64,000 nt of DNA, from positions 3,616,001 to 3,680,000 of the forward strand of contig OY762911.1 of assembly GCA_963666565.1 (NCBI GenBank), in the 5' to 3' direction. Origin of the DNA: Thermoanaerobaculia bacterium. Its GTDB lineage: Bacteria; Acidobacteriota; Thermoanaerobaculia; Multivoradales; Multivoraceae. The notes beneath the pieces were generated by a model. The model saw only the letters and a program-made list of their open reading frames with translations. It ran no database searches and was not told the origin of the DNA. A program made the translations under genes and the position numbers. Positions 1 to 9,802 of this stretch are shown here, in pieces (the stretch's first letter is position 1; each line of letters begins with the position of its first letter).

Positions 1-454
1 CCCGGTCGTAGTCGGCGGCGGTGGCGGCCGCGCCGTAGCGGGTGTCGCCGACCCCGGCGGCCTCCGTCGCTTCCTCGAAGGCGCCGCCGCCCAGGTTGCG
101 GTAGAGACGGTTGCCGGGCTGGCCGGCGGCCGGGCCGCCGGATGGGGGCAAGGCGCCCACGTTGCCAAGGGCTCCTGGAACCGGACCGCTCTGCACCAGG
201 TAGACGTCGAGCAGTCCGTCGTCGTCGAAGTCGAGCAGCGCGGCGCCTCCCACCAGAAGCTCGGGGTAGTTGTAGTCGCCGGCTGCGCCGTTGCGGTGGA
301 CGAAGTCCAGGCCCGCCTCGGACGCGCGTTCGACGAAAACCGGCGCCGCCGAGGGAACCGCCGTGGACACATCCGTGCCGCCGTCCGCTTCGCCGCACGC
401 CAGGAGCACCGCAGCCGGAAGAACCAGGGCGAGGCCTTTGGAAGAACGCCGCAT
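1..454 (-). CDS. CRTAC1/ASPIC-UnbV-like FG-GAP repeat lipoprotein (5' part; runs off window start)
   Basis: Not in the ORF track. Manual translation from ATG at 454 gives MRRSSKGLALVLPAAVLLAC (lipobox) ...FVERASEAGLDFVH...GGAALLDFDDDGLLDVYLVQ, a typical CRTAC1-family start with a DxDxDG loop. Confidence 0.8.
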   Translation of the reverse strand, partial: MRRSSKGLALVLPAAVLLACGEADGGTDVSTAVPSAAPVFVERASEAGLDFVHRNGAAGDYNYPELLVGGAALLDFDDDGLLDVYLVQSGPVPGALGNVGALPPSGGPAAGQPGNRLYRNLGGGAFEEATEAAGVGDTRYGAAATAADYDR

Positions 455-539
455 GGCCGCGACAGACACTATCCGCGAGACGACGCCGGCCGCTCGCGGC
501 ATGGGTTCACGAAGCCGGTGAACAACCGGTCCGGCTCCG

Positions 540-578
540 TTGACAGGAATCGGGAACAGGTGATACAGATTTCTGTAT
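540..578 (+). promoter_or_regulatory. sigma70-type promoter and operator palindrome of vapBC
   Basis: TTGACA at 540-545; TG-n-TACAGA at 561-569; inverted repeat ATACAGA-tt-TCTGTAT at 563-578 overlapping the ATG at 577. Confidence 0.7.
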
Positions 579-816
579 GAAGACCACACTGAACTTCGAC
601 GACCGCCTGATCAAGGCGGCCAAGGTACGCGCCGCGGAGGATGGCGAACCGCTGACCCGGCTGATCGAGCGGGCCATCCGGCAGTACCTGCGGCCACCAC
701 AGCGGGCCGAGGAACCGTTCAAGCTGAAACTCGTCACGAAGCGGTTCCGTACCATGCCGGGTGTTGACTTCGACGACCGCAACTCCCTCTACGACATCAT
801 GGACGGCCTCGATTGA
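577..816 (+). CDS. vapB: VapB-type ribbon-helix-helix antitoxin
   Basis: 79 aa, MKTTLNFDDRLIKAAK RHH-like start; overlaps the PIN toxin gene by 4 bp. Confidence 0.85.
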   Translation: MKTTLNFDDRLIKAAKVRAAEDGEPLTRLIERAIRQYLRPPQRAEEPFKLKLVTKRFRTMPGVDFDDRNSLYDIMDGLD

Positions 817-1244
817 TCGCCGTCGATACGAACGTCCTCCTTTACGCCCATCAGGACGGTTCTCCAAGGCAACGTGCGGCACAGGGGATCCTCGCCGCCC
901 TGGCTGGGACCCTGACGCCCTGGGCAATCCCCGTCTTCTGCCTCGGCGAGTTGATGCGCCTGCTCACGCATCCGCGGCTGGTCACCCCGTCCTACTCGCC
1001 GGAGAAGGCCTGTGAGACTGTTTCCAACCTGCTCGAGGCGCCGAGCGTCGTACTCCTGCGGCCGGGACCGCACTATGCGCAACTCCTGCTCGAGGCCATC
1101 CGCGAGGTGAACGCCGTCGGCAACCTCGTCTTCGACGCCCAGATCGTGGCGCTCTGCCGTGAACACGGCGTCTCCAAGCTGTTCACGGAGGATCGCGACT
1201 TCGACCGCTTCAAGGGACTCCGGACGGAGAAACTCAAGTTCTGA
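813..1244 (+). CDS. vapC: VapC PIN-domain toxin
   Basis: MIAVDTNVLLYA...E...DAQIVA...TEDRDF PIN acidic residues. Confidence 0.92.
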   Translation: MIAVDTNVLLYAHQDGSPRQRAAQGILAALAGTLTPWAIPVFCLGELMRLLTHPRLVTPSYSPEKACETVSNLLEAPSVVLLRPGPHYAQLLLEAIREVNAVGNLVFDAQIVALCREHGVSKLFTEDRDFDRFKGLRTEKLKF

Positions 1245-1321
1245 ACTCCCGATCTCGCCTGTCCGGAGCCGGAGGAGCCGGCACGGCGACCGAATAGACT
1301 CGCCCGAGGAGGACTCGCCTC

Positions 1322-1813
1322 ATGTCCACGCCACAGCACCGCGGCCATCGCGCCCGATTCGCTCGCGAGACGGCGCTGGCCGCCCTCGTCATCGGCGCCG
1401 CTCTGGCCGCGATTCCGGCCGCCGCGGCCGAGAAGGACCCGGTCTTCACGAGCCGCGGCAACCTGGCCATCCGCGGCCACGACCCGGTCGCGTACTTCAA
1501 GGAAGGCAAGGCGGTCAAGGGCGACAGGGACTTCACCCTCGGCTGGCAGGGCGCCGACTGGCGGTTCGCCAGCGCCGCGAACCGGGACCTCTTCGCCGCC
1601 TCGCCAGAGAAGTACGCGCCGCAGTACGGCGGCTACTGCGCCTGGGCGGTCAGCCGCAACTACACCGCTCCTACCGACCCGGACGCGTTCACCGTCGTGG
1701 ACGGCAAGCTCTACCTGAACTACAACCGGAAGGTCATGGAGCAGTGGCTCGAAAACCGCGACCGGAACATCGAGAAGGCCGACGGCAACTGGCCCGCGGT
1801 GCTCGAGGAGTAG
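1322..1813 (+). CDS. secreted YHS-domain protein
   Basis: Signal peptide; GHDPVAYF, WRFASAANRDLF, PEKYAPQYGGYCAWAV motifs. Confidence 0.88.
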   Translation: MSTPQHRGHRARFARETALAALVIGAALAAIPAAAAEKDPVFTSRGNLAIRGHDPVAYFKEGKAVKGDRDFTLGWQGADWRFASAANRDLFAASPEKYAPQYGGYCAWAVSRNYTAPTDPDAFTVVDGKLYLNYNRKVMEQWLENRDRNIEKADGNWPAVLEE

Positions 1814-1945
1814 CCGCTCATCCCCCTACACGTCCTGGCTTCGCCTTCACCGCGCGGAGGCCATCCTCCGCCGCCCTCTGACCGCGCCGTCGCTTCCGGG
1901 CGGACGCGGGCGGAGTGCCCGCGGATCGTCCGTGGCGTTCCTTTG

Positions 1946-1986
1946 GCCGCCCTCGGCGGCAAGCGGGTCAGAAGACCCGCGCACCG
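1946..1986 (+). repeat. REP-like palindromic element (family A, with accessory GCCGCC hairpin)
   Basis: GCGGGTC-AGAA-GACCCGC-GCACC preceded by GCCGCCCTCGGCGGC; near-identical copies at 10843, 16758, 29599. Confidence 0.75.
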
Positions 1987-2037
1987 ACGGCCTGGCGAGC
2001 CGACGTTTCGTTGTGCATCAAGTGGCGGGGGCCCTCG

Positions 2038-3291
2038 ATGAAACTGCTCGCCTTCAGCGACGTTCACCTGGACTCGAAGTTCGGTTGGGCGACCCGGGAA
2101 GTCGCCCGCCGGCAGCGCCAGCGGCTGCGCGAGGGGGTGGCCTGGGCGTTCGAGCAGGCCCGGGAGGAAGGCGCCGCCGCGGTACTGATCGGCGGCGACC
2201 TCTTCGAGCACGAGCTCGTATCGCCGGACACGGTCGACTTCCTCCGCAGGACCTTCGAACGGTCCGGCCTCCGTGTCTTCGCCGCCCCGGGGAATCACGA
2301 CCCCGCCTCCGGGGAGAGTCCCTACCGACGCGACGACTGGCCGGACAACGTCCACATCTTCCGTGAGACGAACTTCACCGGCGAGCGCCTCGCCGACGAG
2401 GTCACGATCTGGGGCGCGGCGCACCGCAAGCCGGTCGACACGCCGAGCTTCTTCGACGACGGCTTCCGAGTCCCGGGCGGCGCCGGCGTTCACGTCGCCG
2501 TCTTCCACGGCGAGGAGCGGAGCGCCGCCTTCCAGGGCCAGTACCGCCACGCTCCGTTCGAGAGCGCCCAGATCGCCGCCGCCGGCTTCGACCACGCCGT
2601 GGTCGGCCATTCTCACAACCCGGCCGACCGTCCGCACTGGACCCGGCTCGGCTCGCTCGAGCAGCTCGCGTTCGGCGGCGCCTGGGGCAACGCCGCGATC
2701 CTGGAGATCGTGGACGGCCGCGTGACAGCGCGGCGGCTCGACCCGCGGCCGCCCGCGCTGCACAGCCTGAGCGTGGACCTGACGGACGCGGAGAGCGCCG
2801 ACGAGGCGCGAACCCTGGTCGCCGGCGCACTCGCCGAGCTGGTCGGCGCGGCCCGCGTCCGGCTGACCGGCGAGCCCGACGGCCTCCCCCTCCACGCCGA
2901 CGACTTCGCCGCCGGCGCCTTCGATCCGCCGGACGGAATCGACCAGGTGTTCGTCGACGCGTCCGGGCTGGCGTCTCCCTACGACCTGGAGCAGATCGAA
3001 CGGGAACCGACCGTCCGCGGCATGTTCGTGCGGCGCGTTCGCGAAGACGGCCTCGACCCGGAGACCGAGCGTCTCGTCCTGCTCGCCGGCCTGCGCGCCC
3101 TCGACGGCCGGGACATCGGCCTCGTGGACGAACTCCGCATGAGGGCCGGCACCGAGCAAGGAGCCTCGGCCGGAGCAGCCGAAGCGGCCGAAGCAACCGA
3201 AGCAGCCGAAGCGGCCGCGATCGTCACCGCGACCGAAGCGGCTGAAGCGGCCGAGGCGGCCGCGACCCAGGCCGAAGAAGCGTCTGCATGA
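2038..3291 (+). CDS. Mre11/SbcD/YhaO-like metallophosphoesterase nuclease
   Basis: SDVHLD, GGDLFE, PGNHD, FHG, VGHSH motifs; start moved to ATG 2038 (MKLLAFSD). Confidence 0.9.
   Translation: MKLLAFSDVHLDSKFGWATREVARRQRQRLREGVAWAFEQAREEGAAAVLIGGDLFEHELVSPDTVDFLRRTFERSGLRVFAAPGNHDPASGESPYRRDDWPDNVHIFRETNFTGERLADEVTIWGAAHRKPVDTPSFFDDGFRVPGGAGVHVAVFHGEERSAAFQGQYRHAPFESAQIAAAGFDHAVVGHSHNPADRPHWTRLGSLEQLAFGGAWGNAAILEIVDGRVTARRLDPRPPALHSLSVDLTDAESADEARTLVAGALAELVGAARVRLTGEPDGLPLHADDFAAGAFDPPDGIDQVFVDASGLASPYDLEQIEREPTVRGMFVRRVREDGLDPETERLVLLAGLRALDGRDIGLVDELRMRAGTEQGASAGAAEAAEATEAAEAAAIVTATEAAEAAEAAATQAEEASA
3169..3282 (+). repeat. 9-bp GCCGAAGCG-type coding repeat giving an Ala/Glu tail
   Basis: AAEAAEATEAAEAAA...TEAAEAAEAAA at the C-terminus of the nuclease. 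Confidence 0.7.
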
Positions 3292-6209
3292 AGATCCTCC
3301 GCGTCCAGGCCCACGACTTCGGCAAGCTGTCCGGCGCGCTGGACCTCGGTCCGGGGCTGACCGTCGTTCACGGCGCGAACGAAGCCGGCAAGTCGACCTG
3401 GCTGCAAGCGATCTTCGCCGGCCTCTGCGGCCGGCGGCGCGGACGCGGCGCGAACACGCTGGAAGAACGCGAGTTCGAGCGCCAGTACGAACCCTGGAAC
3501 GGGAACCCGTGGCGCGCGACGGTGAAGCTCCAGCTCGACGACGGACGCAGGATCGAGATCCAGCAGCGCGACCTGAAGGCGAAGGAGAGCGTCGCCCACG
3601 ACGCCGACACCGGCCGCGCGGTCGGCGACGAACTGATCTACCGCGGCAGCATCGACGGTTCGAGGTTCCTGGGACTCAACCGCCAGGTCATGCCCTCGAC
3701 TCTGGTCATCGCCCAGGGCGACATCCAGCGCCTCCGCGAGAAGAAGGGCGACGAAGCCTCGGCCCTCCGGGAGGAACTCCAGCGCGCCGCGGCCTCGGCC
3801 GGAGGCGCCGCCACCGCGGTGGAGGCGCTGAGCCGCCTGAAGAAGTACGCGAGCGATCAGGTCGGCACGGAGCGCCGCAACTCGACGAGGCCGCTGCAGC
3901 GCGCCATCGAGCGCATGGCCAGGGCCGGCGAGGAACTCGACGGGGGAAGAGCGCGCCACAGGGAACGGACGGAAATCGAGGACGGACTGCGGACGGCCCG
4001 CGACCGCGCGGAGACAGCGAAGAACCTGGTTCGCGACTGCACCCGCGTTCAGGCGAAGCGCAGGCTGGACGACGCCGACGCCCGTCTCGCCGAAATCGAC
4101 CGGTTGACCACGACGTTCCCCGACGGCCAGCCACCGGCCGGGTCGGACGAGGGACCGGACGCCGCGACGGCGAAGGAACTCCGCGAAGCGGCCTTCGAGT
4201 ACGGCAGGCGGCCCGAGGCGCCCGCCGACCTCGAAGGCCCCAGCGCCGACCGCATGGCCCGGGAACTGGCGGAACTTCCCGAGGCGGCCCGGGGCGACCG
4301 CGAACCGGCGCCCGAGGTGGCGGAAGCGGCCCGGAACTGGCGGGAAGCCCAGCAGGCCCGCGCCGTTCGGGAACGGCTCGGTCCCGGCGAGCCACCGGAG
4401 GCGGTCATCCGCAAGGCCGACGAACCGGCAGTCAGGCGCGCCCTCGCGGCGCTCGAACTGCCGCCCCCCGAAGGCCTCGACGCCGCGGAGCGGCGCGTCG
4501 CCGAGATGACCGAAGAGAACACGCTCTACCAGAAGCAGCTCGAAAAGGCTTCCGGCTTCGGCGGTTGGCCCTGGTGGGGCGCCACCGCGGGCAGTCTCCT
4601 GAGCGTCCTGGCGATGCTGGACCTGCTGCCGCGGGCGGCGGGAATCGCGGGAGCGCTTCTCCTCCTCGCCTGTTCCGTGCTGATCTACCGCGCACAGCGC
4701 CGAGTCCCCCGGCCCGATCGCGTTCCCAGCCACGAAGCGGCCGAGGAAGCGATGCAACTGCTCGACGCGAAGGCCGACCTCCGGGACCTCCGGCGCAAGC
4801 ACCGGACCCACGGGCGACAGACGGAGGCCGCCGCCCGCGGCCTGGAGTCCCTGGGCCTGCGTCCCGACGCGAACGCCGCCCGCGCCGCCCTGGACGCCCT
4901 CGGGCAGCGCGCGCGATGGGACCGTGAGCAAGCCATGTGGGAGCAGGCGGCGGCGGCCGCGCGCCGGGACGAGGCGGCGGCCGAGAGCGCCCTGCGCGCG
5001 GCGCTCGCCGGCCGTGGCGTGGAAGACGCCGAAGCGGGCGCGGCCGACCTGCTCGACCGCTACGAAGCGGATTGCCGCCGGAACCGGGCGCTCGCCTCCG
5101 GAACCGACCGGCGCGAGGCCCTCGGCGCCCGCGTGGAGGCCCGCCTGCAGATGGAGCAGGCGGCAACGCGGCAGCAGGAGCAGCGCCAGGCGGCCGAAAC
5201 GCGCTTCCGCAACGCCCTCGCCGCCGCCGGCTTCCCCGCCGACTCGACCGCGGAGTCGACCGCCTCTCCCGAGCGGTGGGCCGCCGACTGGCTGAAGCGG
5301 CGGGAGCGCCGTCTCGGCCGCCTGCGCACGGACTGGGAGCGGCTACGGAGCCTCCTCGGCGATCGGACACGCGAGGACATCGCGGCGGAACGCGACACGA
5401 TCGCCGCCGGCCTGACTGGGGGCGCCGAACCGGACGCCGCCCCGCCCGAACTCGAAGGACTGGGCGCCGACGCCCTGGAGCGGAAACTCGCCGAGGCGCG
5501 CGCCGAGGCCGCCGAGGCCGGCAACCAGGCCAGCAACCTGGAGGGCCGGCTCGCCGCCGAAGCGGAACTGCCCTCCCTCGCCGAACTGGAAGAAGAGCGG
5601 GCCGCCGCCGAGAGCGAAACGGCCCTCCTCCGACGCGCCGCCGCCGTGCTGGTGACGGCGCGGGAACACCTGGACGCGGCCCAGGACGAGGTCCACCGGA
5701 TGCTCGCGCCGGACCTGCGCGAGGCGCTCGCCAGGCGCCTGGGCCTCGTGACCGCCGGGCGTTACTCGAACGTCCGCATCGACCCCGAGGAAGGCCTGGA
5801 GGTCCGCCTGGAGGTGGAAGAGGGCATCTACCGGCCGGCCACCGAGCTGTCCCACGGCACCGTCGATCAGGTCTACCTGTTGCTCCGCATCGCGCTCGCC
5901 GAGGCCCTCGGCGACCGGACGGAGTCCGCGCCCCTCTTCCTGGACGACGCGACCGTCCACTGCGACACGGACCGCACGATGCGCTTCCTCGACCTGCTGC
6001 TCGAACTGAGCGAGGAGCGCCAGATCGTCGCCTTCAGCCAGGAGGAGGAGGTACGGGAGTGGGCCGCGGCGCGTCTCGCCGCGCAACCCCGGCACTGCCT
6101 GATCGAACTCGACGGGAACGGGCTGCCGGTTGGCGACGCCGGCGCCACGGAACCGCCGGCCGACGCTTCGCCGGACGCGGCCCCCGACGGGCAGCACTCG
6201 CTCCTATAA
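3288..6209 (+). CDS. YhaN/Rad50-like SMC-family ATPase with central transmembrane hairpin
   Basis: Walker A GANEAGKST, long coiled coils, signature LSHGT, Walker B LFLDD; ATGA overlap with the upstream nuclease. Confidence 0.88.
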   Translation: MKILRVQAHDFGKLSGALDLGPGLTVVHGANEAGKSTWLQAIFAGLCGRRRGRGANTLEEREFERQYEPWNGNPWRATVKLQLDDGRRIEIQQRDLKAKESVAHDADTGRAVGDELIYRGSIDGSRFLGLNRQVMPSTLVIAQGDIQRLREKKGDEASALREELQRAAASAGGAATAVEALSRLKKYASDQVGTERRNSTRPLQRAIERMARAGEELDGGRARHRERTEIEDGLRTARDRAETAKNLVRDCTRVQAKRRLDDADARLAEIDRLTTTFPDGQPPAGSDEGPDAATAKELREAAFEYGRRPEAPADLEGPSADRMARELAELPEAARGDREPAPEVAEAARNWREAQQARAVRERLGPGEPPEAVIRKADEPAVRRALAALELPPPEGLDAAERRVAEMTEENTLYQKQLEKASGFGGWPWWGATAGSLLSVLAMLDLLPRAAGIAGALLLLACSVLIYRAQRRVPRPDRVPSHEAAEEAMQLLDAKADLRDLRRKHRTHGRQTEAAARGLESLGLRPDANAARAALDALGQRARWDREQAMWEQAAAAARRDEAAAESALRAALAGRGVEDAEAGAADLLDRYEADCRRNRALASGTDRREALGARVEARLQMEQAATRQQEQRQAAETRFRNALAAAGFPADSTAESTASPERWAADWLKRRERRLGRLRTDWERLRSLLGDRTREDIAAERDTIAAGLTGGAEPDAAPPELEGLGADALERKLAEARAEAAEAGNQASNLEGRLAAEAELPSLAELEEERAAAESETALLRRAAAVLVTAREHLDAAQDEVHRMLAPDLREALARRLGLVTAGRYSNVRIDPEEGLEVRLEVEEGIYRPATELSHGTVDQVYLLLRIALAEALGDRTESAPLFLDDATVHCDTDRTMRFLDLLLELSEERQIVAFSQEEEVREWAAARLAAQPRHCLIELDGNGLPVGDAGATEPPADASPDAAPDGQHSLL

Positions 6210-6287
6210 TCCCGGCGCCATGTCTCCCACCGAACGCTCGGAGGACCACGCGGCGCCGACTCCGCCTCCGAGCGGGCCGCCCCATCC

Positions 6288-9200
6288 ATGCAACGTCTGC
6301 TGATCGCCAACCGCGGCGAGATCGCGGTGCGGATCGCCCGCGCGGCGATGGATCTCGGCATCGCCACCGTCGCCGTCTACTCCGAGGACGACGCCAACGG
6401 GCTCCACCTGCGGATCGCCGACGAGGCCGTGCCGCTCGGCGGCCGCGGCGTGCGGGCCTACCTGGACATCGAGGACGTCGTCGCCAGGGCCGCCGACGCG
6501 AACTGCGACGCGGTTCATCCGGGCTACGGATTCCTCGCGGAGAACGCGGAGTTCGCCGCCGCCTGCGCGGATGCAGGCATCGCCTTTGTCGGTCCGCGGC
6601 CGGAGGTCCTGGAGCTGTTCGGCGACAAGGGCCGGGCGCGCCGTGCTGCTTTCGACGCGGACGTGCCCGTCCTGCGCGGAACCGACGGCCCGACCAGCCT
6701 GGAGGAGACCCACGAGTTCTTCGCCGCCCTCGGCGAGGGCGGAGCGATGATCGTCAAGGCGCTGGCCGGAGGCGGCGGGCGCGGCGCCCGCATCGTCGAT
6801 GCGGCCGGCGACATCGAGCAGGCCTACGAGCGCTGCGCGTCCGAGGCGGAACGCGCCTTCGGAAGCGGAGGCCTCTACGTCGAGGAACTCGTCCCGCGCG
6901 CCCGCCACATCGAGGTCCAGCTTCTCGGCGACGAAGCCGGCGGCCTCGTCGACTTCGGCGAGCGGGAGTGCAGCGCCCAGCGCCGGCACCAGAAGGTGGT
7001 CGAGACGGCGCCCGCGCCGAACCTCCGCCCCGAGATCCGCCAGTCGATCGTCGACGCGGCCCTGCGCCTCGGCGGCGCCGCGAAGTACAACAGTCTCGGC
7101 ACCTTCGAGTTCCTCGTGGACGCGGCGACAAGCGGCGACGGCCCGTCCGCCGGGGCCGGCGGCCGCTTCGCCTTCATCGAGGCGAACGCCCGCCTCCAGG
7201 TCGAGCACACGGTGACCGAGGCGGTCACCGGCGTCGACCTGGTGCAGGCCCAACTGCGGGTCGCCCGCGGCGAGTCGCTCGCCGACCTCGCGCTCGACGA
7301 CCCGGACGCGCGCCGGACCCGCGGCTTCGCGATCCAGGCCCGCGTCAACCTGGAGACCCTGGACGCGGACGGCGCCGTGCGGCCGTCCTCCGGCGTCCTC
7401 GCCGCCTACGAGCCGCCGAGCGGTCCCGGCGTGCGCATCGACGGCTGCGGCTACGCCGGCTACGAGCCGAACCCGGCGTTCGACTCGCTGCTCGCCAAGG
7501 TGATCGCCCACTCGCCCTCGGACGACTTCGCCGCCGCCGTCAAGCGGGCCTCGCGCGCGCTCGACGAGTTCCGGATCGGCGGCCCGGACACGAACATTCC
7601 CTGGCTCCAGAGCGTGCTCGCGCATCCGGACTTCGAGGCGGGCCGCCTCTACACCCGGTGGCTCGACGACCACTCCGCCGAGCTGGCGGCGGCCGCCGGC
7701 AACGGGCGCAGGCCGCGCTTCGTCCCCGCCGGAGGTCCTGCCGCCGGCGGCGAGGCGGCCGTGCCGCCGGCGCCTCCCGCGGACGGCGCCCGCGACAGCG
7801 GTTTCGCCGGCGCCCGGGTCGACACGGCCGATCCCCTGGCCCTGTTCGCCTACGACCAGGAGACGAAGGCCGCGCAGTCCGGGCAGGCGGATCCGGCCGG
7901 CGGCGTCGACGCGGCGAGCCAGGCCGACGGCCCCGAAGGCGCCACCGGCGTCGCCGCGCCCATCCAGGGCACGATCGTCAGCATCGACGTCGAGGTGGGC
8001 GACGAGGTCTTGCGCGGCCAGCAGGTCGCCGTGATCGAGGCGATGAAGATGGAGCACGTGCTCCGCGCCGGCTGCAGCGGCGTCGTCAGGCAGGTCACGA
8101 TGGCTGCCGGCGACACGATCCGCGAGGGCTATCCGCTGGTCTTCGTCCAGGAAGCGGAAGGCGGCGAAGCCGCGGACGCCGCGGAGGAGATCGACCCGGA
8201 CTACATCCGGCCCGACCTTGAGGAGAACATCCGCCGCCACGCCTACACCCTGGACGAGAACCGGCCCGAGGCGGTCGCCCGGCGGCGCCGGTTCGGCTTC
8301 CGCACGCCGCGCGAGAACATCGAGCAGCTCGTCGACGCCGGCTCCTTCAAGGAGTACTGGCCGCTGATCGTGGCCCGCCAGCACCAGAAGTACAGCGACA
8401 AGAAGCTGCGGGAGTACACGCCCGCCGACGGCGTGGTCGCCGGCACCGCCTCGATCAACGGCGACCTCTTCGACGACGAGCGCTCGCGGGCGATGGTGCT
8501 CTCCTACGACTACACCGTGCTCGCCGGCACCCAGGGCGGCCGCAACCACTACAAGCAGGACCGGCTGTTCGACCTCGCCAACCGCTACATGCTGCCGCTC
8601 GTCTTCTTCACGGAGGGCGGCGGCGGCCGGCCGGGCGACGACTACACGGGGCCCCGGGTCGCCTTCGACACCTATACGTTCACCCAGTTCTCCAAGCTCT
8701 CCGGTCTCATTCCGCTGGTCGGCGTGAACAACGGCCGCTGCTTCGCGGGCAACACCGCCCTGCTCGCCTGTTGCGACGTCATCATCGCGACGAAGGCCTC
8801 GACCATCGCCATGGGCGGCCCCGCGATGATCGAGGGCGGCGGCCTGGGCATCTACACGCCGGAGGAGGTCGGCCCGATGTCCTTCCAGGTGCCGAACGGC
8901 GTGGTCGACATCCTGGTCGAGGACGAGGAAGAGGCGGTCGACGTGACGAAGAAGTACCTGTCCTACTTCCAGGGGCCGGTCGCGGAATGGGAGGCTCACG
9001 ACCAGCGGCCGCTCCGCCACGTGGTGCCGGAGAACCGGCTCCGGCTCTACGACATGCAGGAGATCGTCCACACGATCGCCGATGTCGGCTCGGTGCTCGA
9101 GATCCGGCCCAAGTTCGGAATCGGCGTGATCACCGCCCTCATCCGCGTCGAGGGCAGGCCGATGGGAGTGATCGCGAACAACCCCCACCACCTCGCCGGG

Positions 9201-9761
9201 GCGATCGACTCGGACGGGTCCGACAAGGGCGCCCGCTTCCTGCAGCTCTGCGACGCCTTCGACATCCCGGTGCTGAGCCTGATGGACTGTCCGGGCATCA
9301 TGGTCGGCCCCGACCACGAGCGGACCGCGCTTGTCCGCCACTGCGCGCGCATGTTCAACACCGGCGCGAACCTCTCCGTACCGCTGTTCGGCGTCGTCGT
9401 CCGCAAGGCCTACGGCCTGGGCGTGCAGGCGATGTGCGGCGCGAGCGCCCTGGTCGGCTTCTTCACGGTCGGCTGGCCGACAGCCGAGTTCGCCGGCATG
9501 AACATCGAGGGCGCGGTCAAGCTCGGCTACCGCAAGGAACTGGCGGCAATCGAGGATCCAGAGGAGCGCCGGCTGGAGTTCGAGCGCCGGGTCGAGGCCT
9601 CGTACGAGCGCGCCAAGGCGGTCAACGCGGCAGCCGGAGGCGGGCTCGACGACGTGATCGACCCGGCGGAGACGCGCTCCTGGATCGCCGAGAGCATGAA
9701 GCGGCTGCCGGCGCCGCCGCCCCGGACGGGCAAGAAACGGCCCTACATCGACACTTGGTAG
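6288..9761 (+). CDS. single-chain biotin-dependent acyl-CoA carboxylase (BC-BCCP-CT fusion)
   Basis: ANRGEIA, HPGYGFLAEN, GGGGRG, RLQVEH (BC); EAMKM biotinylation motif; GGGGRPGD and DCPGIMVG (CT). Confidence 0.93.
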   Translation: MQRLLIANRGEIAVRIARAAMDLGIATVAVYSEDDANGLHLRIADEAVPLGGRGVRAYLDIEDVVARAADANCDAVHPGYGFLAENAEFAAACADAGIAFVGPRPEVLELFGDKGRARRAAFDADVPVLRGTDGPTSLEETHEFFAALGEGGAMIVKALAGGGGRGARIVDAAGDIEQAYERCASEAERAFGSGGLYVEELVPRARHIEVQLLGDEAGGLVDFGERECSAQRRHQKVVETAPAPNLRPEIRQSIVDAALRLGGAAKYNSLGTFEFLVDAATSGDGPSAGAGGRFAFIEANARLQVEHTVTEAVTGVDLVQAQLRVARGESLADLALDDPDARRTRGFAIQARVNLETLDADGAVRPSSGVLAAYEPPSGPGVRIDGCGYAGYEPNPAFDSLLAKVIAHSPSDDFAAAVKRASRALDEFRIGGPDTNIPWLQSVLAHPDFEAGRLYTRWLDDHSAELAAAAGNGRRPRFVPAGGPAAGGEAAVPPAPPADGARDSGFAGARVDTADPLALFAYDQETKAAQSGQADPAGGVDAASQADGPEGATGVAAPIQGTIVSIDVEVGDEVLRGQQVAVIEAMKMEHVLRAGCSGVVRQVTMAAGDTIREGYPLVFVQEAEGGEAADAAEEIDPDYIRPDLEENIRRHAYTLDENRPEAVARRRRFGFRTPRENIEQLVDAGSFKEYWPLIVARQHQKYSDKKLREYTPADGVVAGTASINGDLFDDERSRAMVLSYDYTVLAGTQGGRNHYKQDRLFDLANRYMLPLVFFTEGGGGRPGDDYTGPRVAFDTYTFTQFSKLSGLIPLVGVNNGRCFAGNTALLACCDVIIATKASTIAMGGPAMIEGGGLGIYTPEEVGPMSFQVPNGVVDILVEDEEEAVDVTKKYLSYFQGPVAEWEAHDQRPLRHVVPENRLRLYDMQEIVHTIADVGSVLEIRPKFGIGVITALIRVEGRPMGVIANNPHHLAGAIDSDGSDKGARFLQLCDAFDIPVLSLMDCPGIMVGPDHERTALVRHCARMFNTGANLSVPLFGVVVRKAYGLGVQAMCGASALVGFFTVGWPTAEFAGMNIEGAVKLGYRKELAAIEDPEERRLEFERRVEASYERAKAVNAAAGGGLDDVIDPAETRSWIAESMKRLPAPPPRTGKKRPYIDTW

Positions 9762-9802
9762 CCGGCGGCCTTCCGGCTGGCCGGCCCGTTCACGCACGCC
9801 GC

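Noticed and set aside
1322-1813. Selenoprotein form of the YHS protein
   Set aside because: GGYCAW has a normal TGC Cys codon and there is no in-frame TGA
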